From the NCBI GenBank assembly GCA_964548925.1, contig CAZJTM010000003.1, positions 16,155-80,154 on the forward strand: DNA of 64,000 nucleotides, written 5' to 3'. Of this stretch, positions 26,575 to 36,634 are shown piece by piece. The translations under genes and the position numbers were made by a program. The notes under the pieces are model-generated. The model was not told where the DNA came from, ran no database searches, and saw only the letters and a program-made list of their open reading frames with translations. This DNA comes from an uncultured Verrucomicrobiota bacterium (GTDB lineage Bacteria > Verrucomicrobiota > Verrucomicrobiia > Limisphaerales > MWDV01). Position 1 is the stretch's first letter. Every line of letters begins with the position of its first letter.

Positions 26575-27807
26575 TCAGGCTTTCAAGCCCTTCAGACTCA
26601 CCTCCCACTTCTCGTTCTTCTTCATCATCTGCTCCCAAGTCACTTCCGCGCGCTGGTACGCGGCGGTGCGGCCGAGGATGGTGGTGAGGTTGCTGCGGAC
26701 GCTCGGCGCGACCGTCGGGTTCGAGCAATCGCCGGTGGTGATGGCTTTGTGGAAGGTGGCGATGTTGTTGACCGCGCCGTCGGTGTAAAGGTTGGTCATT
26801 TCACCGCCGTTGAACAGGTCGTCGTTTGAGCGGACCATGACCTTGCCGAAGTAATGCGTGTCGGCCATGCCTTTCAGGCCGAACACGCGGCACAGAATGT
26901 CGTCAATGCCATGCCCGACCTGCTTCGAGTCGAAGCTCACGATCACGTCGTTCGGGAAGTAGTAGATCACGGCGAAGTGATCCCACACATCACCGCCGGG
27001 CGGGGTGATGCGCCCGCCGGTGCCGTAGGCGCGAAGGGGGTTGGCATTCAGGAACCAAGTGGCCACGTCCAAAGCATGGATGTTCTGCTCCGTGATGATG
27101 TCCCCGGAGAGCTTGCGGTCAGCGCCCCAGGCACGCAGCCGGGTTTCGGGGTCTTTGGGGTTCGCGCGCAACAACTCGTCCATCTTGCCCCACGTCGGGC
27201 CGCAGAGGTAGGACGCTTCCGCCAGGAAAACCTTGCCAATCATGCCGTCGTGGACGCGCTTGACCGCCTCTTGATATGAGGCGTGGGCGCGGGTCTGGAA
27301 GTCCACGAGGAAGCACAGCCGTTTGGCTGTGGCGCGCTTTCCGGATTCTTCCACCGACTTGCAGCCCGGCACGTCCACAGCGATGGGCTTGGCCAGATAG
27401 ACGTGTTTGCCGGCCTCCACAGCTTCGGCGGCTTGTTGCGGATGGAAATACGGCGGCGACTCGATGACCACGGCGTCCAGCTTTTGCTCCAGCATCCGCC
27501 GATAGCCATAGAGCCCGTTGAAGCGCATGTTCGCGGGCACACCGAACTTGTCGCCCGCCTCGGTGGTGCGATCCTCGAAATAATCAAACACCGCGCCAAG
27601 GTTGTAGCCGCCATGTTTGAGGAAGAGGTTGGCGATCCACTTGCCACGCCCGCCACAGCCGATGAGGCCGAGGTTGACCTTGGAGTTCGCCTCCGCGCCC
27701 AGGGCAAGCGCGGGCTTGAGCACGGTGAAGGAGAGCGCGGCAGCGCCGGCGCCGGCGACGAATTGGCGGCGGTTCATGCTTGAAGTCGGGGAAGGGGTTT
27801 CATTCAT
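26575..27807 (-). CDS. Gfo/Idh/MocA family oxidoreductase with TAT-like signal (ATG 27807 preferred)
   Basis: Twin-arginine motif NRRQFVAGAGAAALSF. Rossmann segment NLGLIGCGGRGKW. Confidence 0.8.
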   Translation of the reverse strand: MNETPSPTSSMNRRQFVAGAGAAALSFTVLKPALALGAEANSKVNLGLIGCGGRGKWIANLFLKHGGYNLGAVFDYFEDRTTEAGDKFGVPANMRFNGLYGYRRMLEQKLDAVVIESPPYFHPQQAAEAVEAGKHVYLAKPIAVDVPGCKSVEESGKRATAKRLCFLVDFQTRAHASYQEAVKRVHDGMIGKVFLAEASYLCGPTWGKMDELLRANPKDPETRLRAWGADRKLSGDIITEQNIHALDVATWFLNANPLRAYGTGGRITPPGGDVWDHFAVIYYFPNDVIVSFDSKQVGHGIDDILCRVFGLKGMADTHYFGKVMVRSNDDLFNGGEMTNLYTDGAVNNIATFHKAITTGDCSNPTVAPSVRSNLTTILGRTAAYQRAEVTWEQMMKKNEKWEVSLKGLKA

Positions 27808-27885
27808 GGTCAAACTCAGGTTGTTGGTTGCTGTTCGTGCGACTTGGCTTTTTTGTGGCGCGGGTTCACAGCGCGCCAAGGAGGT

Positions 27886-29271
27886 TTACACTGAGGCGGC
27901 CTGCCGCGCCAGCCTGCGTTGCTTGCGCGTGACCAGAAACATGCACACGCCGCCGCTGAAGGCGAACAGCACCATCAGCGGATACCAGGCGCTCCAGCCA
28001 AACTTGCCAAACAGTTTGCCGAACAAGAACAGGCTGAGGGCCGACCCGTAATACTGGAACGAATCAATCACCCCCAGCGCGAAGCCGGCCATCTTCTTAC
28101 CGCCAATGTCCATCGGCGCGGCGGCGCCCACGATCGAATGCGTGGAATTCACCGTCAACGAAACCAGCACCAGGAACATCCCCCCGAGAAAGACCCCGAG
28201 CGGGCCCGGGCGGATGAACCCCGAGAACATGGCGACGGCGGCGCAACTGATCACCGTCGCCTCCGTGAAATAGAGCGCCATGGCCACGGGCGAACGCGCG
28301 CCTTTGAAAAGCCGGTCCGAGATCATCCCCGCCCCGATGGATCCGAGGATCGCCGCGGCCGTCATCAAGTTCATGGTGATCAGCACCGACAGCGGTTTGG
28401 AATTCATGTCAATCAGCAGATGCTCCTTGAAAAACATCACCGCCATCTGGTCGGAACTGTGCCGCACCGCACCCGTGCTGGCATACGCCGCCGCGTAAAA
28501 CCACACCAGCGGATGCCGGAAGATGTACCGGAACGAGTCCCTCACGCTGACCCGCGTGCCGGGGCTGTCGTCAATCTCGTCGCGCACGGCCTCCGGATAG
28601 CCCGCCTGCGCCGGTTCTTCCTTCACAGTCAAAGCCATGAAGACGGCCATCAGGGCGGTGACAAACGGCGGCACGATGAACAGCAACCGCCAGTTGCCTG
28701 GCGCCACCGCCCAGGTGCCCAGCCCCCAACAGGTGATCGTGAATCCGGCGAGCAGCCACGGGGAGAGCGTGTTCGCTGCAAATTGGCCCAATTGGATCAT
28801 GATGCCGAAGATGCCGGTGAACGTGCCGCGCTCGGTGCGTCGGAACCACGCCGCGTTGATCTTCACGAACCCCGGCGCGCCGCACGATTGAAACCAGCCG
28901 TTCAACAACGCGATCAGCGCGAACGTCGCGAACGTCCCGACGAACGACGAGAAGCCGAAGATGAAGTTGCAGGCGATGGTGCCCGCCGCGCCCGCCAACA
29001 TCATCCATCTCCCCCCGATGCGATCCGCGATGAGGCCGTTAAACAACTGCCCCGTGCCGTACGCCAGCGACCACACCACCCAAAGGTTGGCCAGGTCGGC
29101 GGCATCAAACCCGAACTCCTTGTTCATGCCCGGGCCGGCGAACCGGAAGTTATACCGGCACATGTAATAGGAGGCGTAAAGCAGGCCCAGCGCGCCCCAG
29201 TTCAGCCCGCGCCGCGCCCGGAAGCCCGGCGGATACTTGGGACGCGCGGTGGTGGTGTGTGAGTCGTTCAT
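27886..29271 (-). CDS. MFS transporter, organophosphate:Pi antiporter (GlpT/UhpC-like) family
   Basis: Polytopic protein. YMCRYNF...GTGQLFNGLIADRIGGR...LLNGWFQSCGAPG...WFRRTERGT resembles OPA-family signatures. Confidence 0.7.
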   Translation of the reverse strand: MNDSHTTTARPKYPPGFRARRGLNWGALGLLYASYYMCRYNFRFAGPGMNKEFGFDAADLANLWVVWSLAYGTGQLFNGLIADRIGGRWMMLAGAAGTIACNFIFGFSSFVGTFATFALIALLNGWFQSCGAPGFVKINAAWFRRTERGTFTGIFGIMIQLGQFAANTLSPWLLAGFTITCWGLGTWAVAPGNWRLLFIVPPFVTALMAVFMALTVKEEPAQAGYPEAVRDEIDDSPGTRVSVRDSFRYIFRHPLVWFYAAAYASTGAVRHSSDQMAVMFFKEHLLIDMNSKPLSVLITMNLMTAAAILGSIGAGMISDRLFKGARSPVAMALYFTEATVISCAAVAMFSGFIRPGPLGVFLGGMFLVLVSLTVNSTHSIVGAAAPMDIGGKKMAGFALGVIDSFQYYGSALSLFLFGKLFGKFGWSAWYPLMVLFAFSGGVCMFLVTRKQRRLARQAASV

Positions 29272-29464
29272 CAACGATCGGCTTGCGCGCCGCGCCCGCC
29301 AGCTAACCAGACGCCTCCGCCCAGGTCAAAGTTTTCGCGCCCGGATACCCTCACGCCGAGTTGACTCAAGAAGAGAGTTTCCGCGAGGGTGAGCGTCTTT
29401 CCAACTGCAGGGACACGGCCGTGCCGTGCCGGAAACGGGCTCGCTTTGGACCGATCCGCGTCGC

Positions 29465-32400
29465 TCAACCCGGCTCGGCGGCGTTGGCGGCGGCGGCGAC
29501 GCTTTCGATCACGCGGGCGGCGCCGGGCAGGGTTTCGCGCAGCATTCCGACGCGACTGTTGAGCTGCACCACCGTTTCCACCGCCCGATAGGCCACCAAC
29601 CGCCGGTACCAGTCCACGAACGCGCGGCTGACGTTCAACTCCTCGGCGGCGCTTTGCGGGCACAAGCCCGGCTGCGCTTCGAGGGTCGCGCACAGGATGG
29701 CGGCGGCCACGGCGCGCGGCGGGCGCGCGCCGTTGCAGGCACGCTCCCAGAGCGGCTGCGCCTGGCGGGCCTGCTGGCTCAACAGCAGCGCCTCGGCACG
29801 TTGGCCAACGAGCGCCAAATCATCGGGAAAGAGGCGAACCGCCTCGTTCGTCCAATCGCGGGCGAACTCCAAAAAGGCCGGCTGGCTCAACGCAATCTCG
29901 CCGCCCAGCCGCCACGCCAGGGCGTGTTTCGCATTCTGTTGCACGACTTCATGCAGGCGTTGCAGCGCCTCCACCGGTCGTCCTTGCGCGACGAGGAAGC
30001 GGGCGTAATCCACCCGCAGATCTTCCGTCTTGGCGGCGGAGGCCAGCCCGGCTTGGAAGGCCTTCTCCGCGCCTGCGGCGTCGTTCAGTTTCGCCAACGA
30101 CAGTGCCAGGCAATGGTGGGGCGCGGCAGTGAGAATGTCCGTGTTGATCGGCGAGAGCGCGGGCTGTTTCAGCTTGGCGAGGCACTGGCGCATCTGCTCG
30201 GCGGCTTCGCGCGGCTGCTTCAATTCGTAATGCGACAATCCCAAGGCAAAGTGCATGGATGCCGTGAGCCCGCCGCCGCTCCGGGCCAGTGAGGAATTCA
30301 GGACCTGCACCACTTCGTCGTGGGCGCGAATCTTGTAGAGATGCGAGGTGAACTGGGTGAGCAGGACCTCGCGCAACTCGGGCACGACTTCGTTGGGCTT
30401 TTGCGCGGACATGAGCCGGAAGGCGTCGCGGTATTTCGCGATGCCCGACTCCACTTCACCCGAGCGGGCGAGTTCGAGCCCGAGATTCAGCGTGAGGTTG
30501 ATGTCGGTTGGGCGTTCCTCCAAACCGAGCCGGAGCAGGCGCAGGTTGCGCTCGATCTTGTTCCGGTCTCTGACCAGCTCCTTGCTGTAGCCGTGATGCA
30601 ACAGGCAGGCGGTGCCGAGCGCGGTGTCCATGCCGAATGTCTTGCAGAGCGGCAGCAGGCTGGGAAACACCTGCTCGTGAATCCGGCCGTAGTAGTAAGC
30701 GCCGGGGGCGTTGCGGAAGAGCCGCGGGATGAAGCTGCGGCCCTCGGCTTCCTGGCCGCGGTTGACCAGCGGCAGGCGGAAGGCGATGGCGTCGGCCTTG
30801 CGCAGGTCCGCGCGCAAGGCGGCGTGCTGATCGCCGGGCAATTCCTCGTCGGCGTCGAGCATCAGAATCCAATCGCCCGTGGCGTGCTCCAGGATCCGGT
30901 TGCGCGGCGCGCTGAAGTCGTCATTCCAGGTCGTCGTGTAAACCTCCGCGCCGAGCGACTTCGCAATTTCGATCGTGCGATCCGTCGAGCCGGTGTCCAC
31001 GACGATGATCTGGTCGGCCAGCCCCTTGACCGAGTTGAGGCACTGCGTGATGAACTGTTCCTCGTTCCGGGTGAGGACGCCGACGGTCAGCCGACTTCGG
31101 ATTTCGGATTTCGGATTTCGGATTTGCTCCGGCAACGCCAGCCACTCCGGCTTCGCGCCGCCCTTGAGCGGCTTCTTCAGAAATTGCTTCGGTGCGTTCC
31201 AGCGAGGTGCCAGTTCAGCAGCGCGGTGGGCGCAGCTTTTTGCCGAAGCGGCATCGCCGGCGGCCAGGGCGATTTCGGCAAGCAGCAGGCAGGCTTCGGG
31301 ATGGAAGGGGCGGACTTGAAGCGCGGTGCAGGCGGCTTGCCACGCGGCGGCGAACTCGCGGCGGCCAAACGCCCCGCGGGCTTCATCCAGTTGCCCCAAC
31401 TTGGCTGCTCCGGCCCCGGCTCGTGAGAGCGGGGATTCGCCGGTCACCACTCGCGAACTCATGCTCGCGGCTACCGGTTGCCAGAAGCGTTCACTGTTGC
31501 CTTTGTGCGTCAGTGTGAGCGCGGAGAGTGGAATGTTGAGCGAGACGCCGGCGGGCAGTTGCTGCGGGATGGGATAGCCCTTTTCGAGCGCCACGTCGGC
31601 GGGCAGTTGCCACTTGGCGCGGAACAAATCCCAGTTGCGCAGCATGGCGGAGCGATAGTCAATCTTCGCGCCTTTGAAGGTTTGACTGCCAGTGTGGTGA
31701 ATGAAGACATCCTTCGCAATGCGGATGCGGAAGCCGGCGAGCCGCGCGCGAATGCAGAAATCATCGTCCTCGAAATTGCCGCTGCCGAACCGCTCATCCA
31801 ATCCGCCGATGCGCTCGATGACTTCGCGCCGCGCCAGCAGGCAGAAGCCCACCGCGCGCCCGACCTCGAACGATTGGCCGGCGTGAGTCTGCGCCCACTG
31901 CTTGGCGAAGGCCGGCAAGCCCGACAAATCCGTGTAGCCGACTTCGCTCACGAACTGCGGCCCAGAGACGCGATTGGACATCGGGCCGACAACCCCGGTG
32001 TCCGGCTCGCGCCGGAGCACATCCAACATGCCTTCGAGCCAGCCAGCGGTGACGACCGTGTCATTGTTCAACAGCACCACGTTCTGACCGCGGGCGAGGG
32101 CCAAGCCCTGGTTGTTACCGGCGGCAAAGCCCAGATTCGTCTCGTTGTGGATGACGATGCCGTGGGGCGTCTTGGCCAGCCACTCGCGCAGAAACTCCGG
32201 CGTGCCGTCGTTCGAACCGTTGTCCACCACGATGATCTCATGTGGCAGCGGGGTGTGGGCGGCGAGACTCTCCAGACACCTGCGCGTATGCTCAAGCTGA
32301 TTCAGCACGAGAAGGATGACCGAGGCCATCGGCTTACCGGCGGCGGACGCCGGAGCAGCTTCCCCAGCCGGAGTTGAGACCGCCGGGCTTCCCAAGAGAT

Positions 32401-35158
32401 TTTTTGCCCACGCCGCAAAAGACGCGTGCGTCCGCTCCAAGTTCCGCAGATCGCTTGCGGGCAGTGAACTGTCGCCGCCGGTGAGGTCGGCGAATGCAGG
32501 CGTGGCTACGCGCGCCTGCCAGTTCAACTCGCGGAGTTGTGCGGCCAGATGCCAGAGAGCACCGGCAGGTGACAGATCGCCGGAGAGTCCAAGGCCCTCG
32601 ATAAAGGCGGCCCGGCGGAAGGCCACACAGCGGGCGGCCCTGCCCAACGCCTGCGGCAACGATTCAGCGGCATCGTTCGTCGCTCCGCTCGGGAAGAGCA
32701 GCGCGGTTGTTGGATTCCGCAAGCTGGCGAGCACCTGTTCATCCCAACCGCGCCGCGCACGCACCCCGTCGTCCGTGAAGAGCAGCGCGAAGGACGGCGA
32801 GCGGTCGGCCTGACTGTTGAGACACTGAGAAAGCGAATCTGCGGACTGACGTTGGACCGCCCACGCGCGGAAGACATTGTTGGTATGCCGCAGCGTGAGC
32901 GTCTTCAGTTCGTCGGTGATCTTGGCGACGATGGTAACTACTTCGATTCCGCGACCGGGCGCCGCGTTTTCCTTCAGGCGTGTCAGGCACTCTTCAAAGC
33001 GGGCGAGATCATTGCCCGCCTGGACGATCACAGTGATCTCAGGCGGCACGCCTTCGGCCACTTCGCCCACACCGGACAGCAACATCGCGCGACTGTAGGA
33101 AAAGAAATCGTCGGTGGCCTTGGGGCTTTCGAGTTGATGCACCGCCTGGGGCCAAAGCACGCCCTGCGCCGCAAGCAGGCGCGCATAACCTCCCTTGCGC
33201 CATTGCTCGCGGTCGCTGGTGGCGCAGATGGTTTTAACGCCCTCCGCGAAGTAGTAGTCATCCAGGGGAATGGTGGCGAAGTGGCGGAGTTCGGCCTGCA
33301 ACGGGAACGCGCTGGCCCGGCCGAGGATCATCGCTCCGGCACGGTCAATGTCCGTCAGCACGCGCGCGCCAAGCGCCGAGTCGCCTCCCAGTGATGCAGG
33401 CTTCTGCGCCCGCGTCCAGAGCCAGAGCTTCTGGAAGGCAAGCACCCCGTCCTTGAAGGCGCGCTGGCGGCGGAGCAGTTCCGGCGCGAAGCGCATTTCA
33501 TCGAGCACCGGGGCGACGCTGCCGTCGGGCTGGCGTTGGTAGCCGAGGGTGGTGCCGATCGGCGCGGTCAGACATTGCTCGACAAACGCGGGCGAGCGGA
33601 TGAAGGAGGCGAAGTGGAAATCGGGCTTGCCAAACGAGCCGAGGAAATGCCGGACGTCCAGACCGTCCAAGACGCGACTGGCCGCGCGTTCGCAGGTGAC
33701 CAGATAGCAGCCCACCATCGGCACGCGGATTCCTTCCATCTCCAGGATGCGGGCCATCTGCATCTGAGCCGACGCGTTATAGCCAATGTCGCACACGCCA
33801 AACGCCGCGCCGCTCTCGAGCCACGGCCGCAGATAGTCCACCACCTTGCGGCGTTCTTCGGCGCTGCGGGCCTCAATGCGCTGGGCAATCTCCGGGGTGA
33901 ACAAATGCTTCGCCAATTGGTGCAGCCGGTCGGGGCCGTTCACGCGCTCGTCGGCCGAAAACGGCAGGCCGCGCAGGTGTTCTGCCCCGAGGCCGAAATG
34001 CTTGAGAATGGTCTTCACCGGCAGCGTTTCGCGGCGGCCCAGCCAGTCCAGCAGATTTTCCGCGCTGAGCCGGCCAATCGCAGCGAGGTCGGTGGATTTC
34101 CGATTGACGAACAGCGGTTCAATGGTCAGGGGCAAGCCTTGGTGGTTTGCCTCCGCTTGCAGCAGTTGCCCAAACAGGTCGCCTTCGCGCATGAACGCGC
34201 CGACCTTGCGGACGCCGCTGGCGGTGAACTGCTCACACGCCCAGGTGGCAAATCGGGACAGCAACGGCCCCAGCAACAGCGCGCCGGATCGGGCAAAAAA
34301 GGCTTCCGCAGTTTCTCCCGGGAACTGGCGGGCGGCCAGCAACCGCAGCGAGTTGATGCTGAACGCCGGCTCGCTTCCTCCCAGCAGTGCCGCTTCGCGC
34401 GCCAGCACAGTCTGCGCGGTGGGCGCCGCCTGAACGTATTGGCAGGCGCGCACGCCGGCCTTGCGGGCACCCGCAACATCCGCCCCCGGATTGTCGCCGA
34501 GGTGCAGGAGTTCCTCCGGCTTCAGCTGTAAGGTTTTCAGGGCGGCGCGAAAAAGGTTGCCCGTGCCTTTGCAAACCCCGCAATCGCTGGAAGTGAAGAT
34601 GTGCTCAAAGAAACCGGGGTCGCAATGATTGGCCCGGAGGATTTCTCGCAGCGCGTCCGCCGCAAGATAGATGTCCGAAATGATCACGGTGCGCAGGCCG
34701 CGTTCGCGGGCGTGGCGGGCGAACGCCAGCACGCTCGGATTGAGCACACAAAGGTCCGCCTCGGCGGCCACTTCAAACTGGGCAGCCAGTGCGCCGTCCT
34801 TGACGAGCGTGCGCATTTGGGCATAAACGGCTTCCAACCGAACGTCCTCGACCGCCTTGTCCCGGCTGTGTTGGGCTTGGCGGGCCTTGCCCTCGGCCAC
34901 GCGCCGCAAGGTGGCGAAATCCGCCGGCGTGACGTGAGCAGGGATCAATTGTTGTTCCTTCAACCGGCGGCCGATTTCTGGAAAGACATCCGTGGGCCGT
35001 GTCGTCAGCCGCCAGACCAACGTATCAAAGAAGTCAAACGAGACGGCGCGCACCCGACCGGCGCTCAACTCGATCAATTCCGCGGCGCGGCGGAGGGATT
35101 CTTCATTGCGCCAGAGATCAGCGGGAAGTGGCAAGGCAGGGTTCATGGGAGCATTCAC
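29465..35158 (-). CDS. Giant multidomain protein: HAD-like hydrolase + unknown ~480-aa region + three GT-A/GT2-like modules + TPR regions (GTG 35158 or ATG 35146)
   Basis: HAD motifs SFDFFDTLV, IISD and LGDNPGADVAGA (nt ~34420-35050). Divergent GT-A-like module ~32450-33045 (EITVIVQAGND..). Canonical GT2 module 31680-32330 (VVDNGSNDGT, NLGFAAGNNQG, LLNNDT, EDDDFCIRA). Short TPR region ~31200-31400. Second GT2 module ~30600-31090 (VVDTGSTDRT, MLDADEEL). C-terminal TPR-like helical repeats 29465-30560. Confidence 0.8.
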   Translation of the reverse strand: MNAPMNPALPLPADLWRNEESLRRAAELIELSAGRVRAVSFDFFDTLVWRLTTRPTDVFPEIGRRLKEQQLIPAHVTPADFATLRRVAEGKARQAQHSRDKAVEDVRLEAVYAQMRTLVKDGALAAQFEVAAEADLCVLNPSVLAFARHARERGLRTVIISDIYLAADALREILRANHCDPGFFEHIFTSSDCGVCKGTGNLFRAALKTLQLKPEELLHLGDNPGADVAGARKAGVRACQYVQAAPTAQTVLAREAALLGGSEPAFSINSLRLLAARQFPGETAEAFFARSGALLLGPLLSRFATWACEQFTASGVRKVGAFMREGDLFGQLLQAEANHQGLPLTIEPLFVNRKSTDLAAIGRLSAENLLDWLGRRETLPVKTILKHFGLGAEHLRGLPFSADERVNGPDRLHQLAKHLFTPEIAQRIEARSAEERRKVVDYLRPWLESGAAFGVCDIGYNASAQMQMARILEMEGIRVPMVGCYLVTCERAASRVLDGLDVRHFLGSFGKPDFHFASFIRSPAFVEQCLTAPIGTTLGYQRQPDGSVAPVLDEMRFAPELLRRQRAFKDGVLAFQKLWLWTRAQKPASLGGDSALGARVLTDIDRAGAMILGRASAFPLQAELRHFATIPLDDYYFAEGVKTICATSDREQWRKGGYARLLAAQGVLWPQAVHQLESPKATDDFFSYSRAMLLSGVGEVAEGVPPEITVIVQAGNDLARFEECLTRLKENAAPGRGIEVVTIVAKITDELKTLTLRHTNNVFRAWAVQRQSADSLSQCLNSQADRSPSFALLFTDDGVRARRGWDEQVLASLRNPTTALLFPSGATNDAAESLPQALGRAARCVAFRRAAFIEGLGLSGDLSPAGALWHLAAQLRELNWQARVATPAFADLTGGDSSLPASDLRNLERTHASFAAWAKNLLGSPAVSTPAGEAAPASAAGKPMASVILLVLNQLEHTRRCLESLAAHTPLPHEIIVVDNGSNDGTPEFLREWLAKTPHGIVIHNETNLGFAAGNNQGLALARGQNVVLLNNDTVVTAGWLEGMLDVLRREPDTGVVGPMSNRVSGPQFVSEVGYTDLSGLPAFAKQWAQTHAGQSFEVGRAVGFCLLARREVIERIGGLDERFGSGNFEDDDFCIRARLAGFRIRIAKDVFIHHTGSQTFKGAKIDYRSAMLRNWDLFRAKWQLPADVALEKGYPIPQQLPAGVSLNIPLSALTLTHKGNSERFWQPVAASMSSRVVTGESPLSRAGAGAAKLGQLDEARGAFGRREFAAAWQAACTALQVRPFHPEACLLLAEIALAAGDAASAKSCAHRAAELAPRWNAPKQFLKKPLKGGAKPEWLALPEQIRNPKSEIRSRLTVGVLTRNEEQFITQCLNSVKGLADQIIVVDTGSTDRTIEIAKSLGAEVYTTTWNDDFSAPRNRILEHATGDWILMLDADEELPGDQHAALRADLRKADAIAFRLPLVNRGQEAEGRSFIPRLFRNAPGAYYYGRIHEQVFPSLLPLCKTFGMDTALGTACLLHHGYSKELVRDRNKIERNLRLLRLGLEERPTDINLTLNLGLELARSGEVESGIAKYRDAFRLMSAQKPNEVVPELREVLLTQFTSHLYKIRAHDEVVQVLNSSLARSGGGLTASMHFALGLSHYELKQPREAAEQMRQCLAKLKQPALSPINTDILTAAPHHCLALSLAKLNDAAGAEKAFQAGLASAAKTEDLRVDYARFLVAQGRPVEALQRLHEVVQQNAKHALAWRLGGEIALSQPAFLEFARDWTNEAVRLFPDDLALVGQRAEALLLSQQARQAQPLWERACNGARPPRAVAAAILCATLEAQPGLCPQSAAEELNVSRAFVDWYRRLVAYRAVETVVQLNSRVGMLRETLPGAARVIESVAAAANAAEPG
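31098..31125. repeat. (cggattt)x4 heptanucleotide tract inside the giant gene
   Basis: Read directly. It translates on the minus strand as QIRNPKSEIRS in the linker between a TPR region and the last GT2 module. The same heptamer family occurs at 58085-58111. Confidence 0.9.
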
Positions 35159-35167
35159 GGCGGCAGA

Positions 35168-36496
35168 TTAATTCGGGGGGCGAGCGCGCAACTCGTTAAG
35201 CGCGGCTTCGACCGCCGCCAGACGATCGGCAACCGGCGGCAGGTGACGGCCGTCGGCCGCGATGCGCGCAATGAACTGGGCCAAGTCACGCAGGTTGCGC
35301 CGGGCCGGCACGTCTGGTGTGCAGCCAATAAGAAACTGATCCATGATCCAAGTGAGAAAGGCCCGGGCATTGGCCCGCTTCTCCTCCCAGCCCTCCCGCC
35401 GCAGCGCCGCGCGCAAGACGGCGGGAAGTTGTTCCCGGCGATCCACTTCGTAGGCGGCATTGCGCCCCCACCAAGCACTGTGGCCGAGCAGAACGACCGG
35501 CTTGTCATAAAGGGCGGCCTCGAATTGCAGCGTGGTGAATTGCGCCACCACCACATCCGCCAGGTCAATCAAGGCGTGCGGGTTCACATCCCGGACCACC
35601 TGCACGCCCTCGACCTTGGCTACGGCATAGGGATCCTGGTCAATCGGGTGGGGTTTGAACACGACTGCCACGCTCGGATCGTTTTCCACGTGCGCCCAAA
35701 CTCCCATGAGCGCGTCTTGGGTGGAAACGAACTCCGGCGAGTGATAGCGCCGCCCGGGACTATTCCGAGGCTGAAGACCACAACTGTCGAATTGACCCAG
35801 GACGACCACGACCTTTTTCGAGCCCAGTTCGAGCTTTGTACGCAACGCCGCGCCGCCGCCTTCAAAATCTGGGTGCTCGTATTTCTGCGGGCGAGCCTTG
35901 AGGTAATAGTCACGGATTCGCTCGAAGGCGGACAGGTCGCGCGCGGATGCCGGCAGGTCTTGAGCCAGCCAGTGCGTTCGGAGGTCTGACCAGGCGTGCA
36001 AACCGCGACTTTCCATCATGAGCGTGTCCGGCAGCAAGCCGCGCTCAATCCCGGTGAAAGGGATTTCCCGTTCCAAGCATGGCTCGCGAAGCACTGTCGC
36101 CAAAGGTGAAGAGGGATCCCATGCCAACACGCAACCCGGTTGCAGCGTGTTGATCAAATTCCTCGCAACCTGGCGACATGCGATCAAGCCAGCCAACCCC
36201 TCATGGGCCGACCCCGCACCTTGCGTCCGGCTCCGATCATTCTCGATCAAATCGAAGTCCCGCGGAGTGACACAGCCCCCCAGTGTCACCGCCGCTGGAA
36301 ACTGTTGCGCGTAGTCACGGAAGAGATACGGAATGGGGATCAAGTGATACGACCGCGCGACCTCGGGCACGGTGGTGCTCAACAGGACCAACTGGCAGCC
36401 GACCTCATTCAGCCGCGCCCCCATATCCTCCCACATCCGCCTCGTCGGCTCGGTCATGAGGAGATAGTTGGTCGCCAGGCAAATGGTAGTGCTCAT
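35168..36496 (-). CDS. KpsS/KpsC-like (Capsule_synth family) putative glycosyltransferase (ATG 36496 preferred)
   Basis: VVVVLGQFDSCGL...AVVFKPHPIDQ...ALIDLADVVVAQFTTLQFEAALYDKPVVLLGHSAWWG follows the LQ..D / K.HP / V.T.nS..g.EAl..gkPV..G pattern of that family as I recall it. Confidence 0.5.
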   Translation of the reverse strand: MSTTICLATNYLLMTEPTRRMWEDMGARLNEVGCQLVLLSTTVPEVARSYHLIPIPYLFRDYAQQFPAAVTLGGCVTPRDFDLIENDRSRTQGAGSAHEGLAGLIACRQVARNLINTLQPGCVLAWDPSSPLATVLREPCLEREIPFTGIERGLLPDTLMMESRGLHAWSDLRTHWLAQDLPASARDLSAFERIRDYYLKARPQKYEHPDFEGGGAALRTKLELGSKKVVVVLGQFDSCGLQPRNSPGRRYHSPEFVSTQDALMGVWAHVENDPSVAVVFKPHPIDQDPYAVAKVEGVQVVRDVNPHALIDLADVVVAQFTTLQFEAALYDKPVVLLGHSAWWGRNAAYEVDRREQLPAVLRAALRREGWEEKRANARAFLTWIMDQFLIGCTPDVPARRNLRDLAQFIARIAADGRHLPPVADRLAAVEAALNELRARPPN

Positions 36497-36634
36497 GAGC
36501 GGCAGGGCTTTGTCAGCTTGCGCCGCTGGCCCGCGTTTAATGTGGAGGCATGCCAAAACCACCTGAAGGCGGTTTGGTGGATGGGCCGCTGTCGCTCTGG
36601 GGCAAGTTCCGTCATGGGCCGTGGGAGGGACGCG

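Noticed and set aside
27919-29262. 447-aa plus-strand ORF
   Set aside because: It is antisense to the MFS transporter. It is extremely Arg/His/Pro/Glu-rich and is not a plausible protein.
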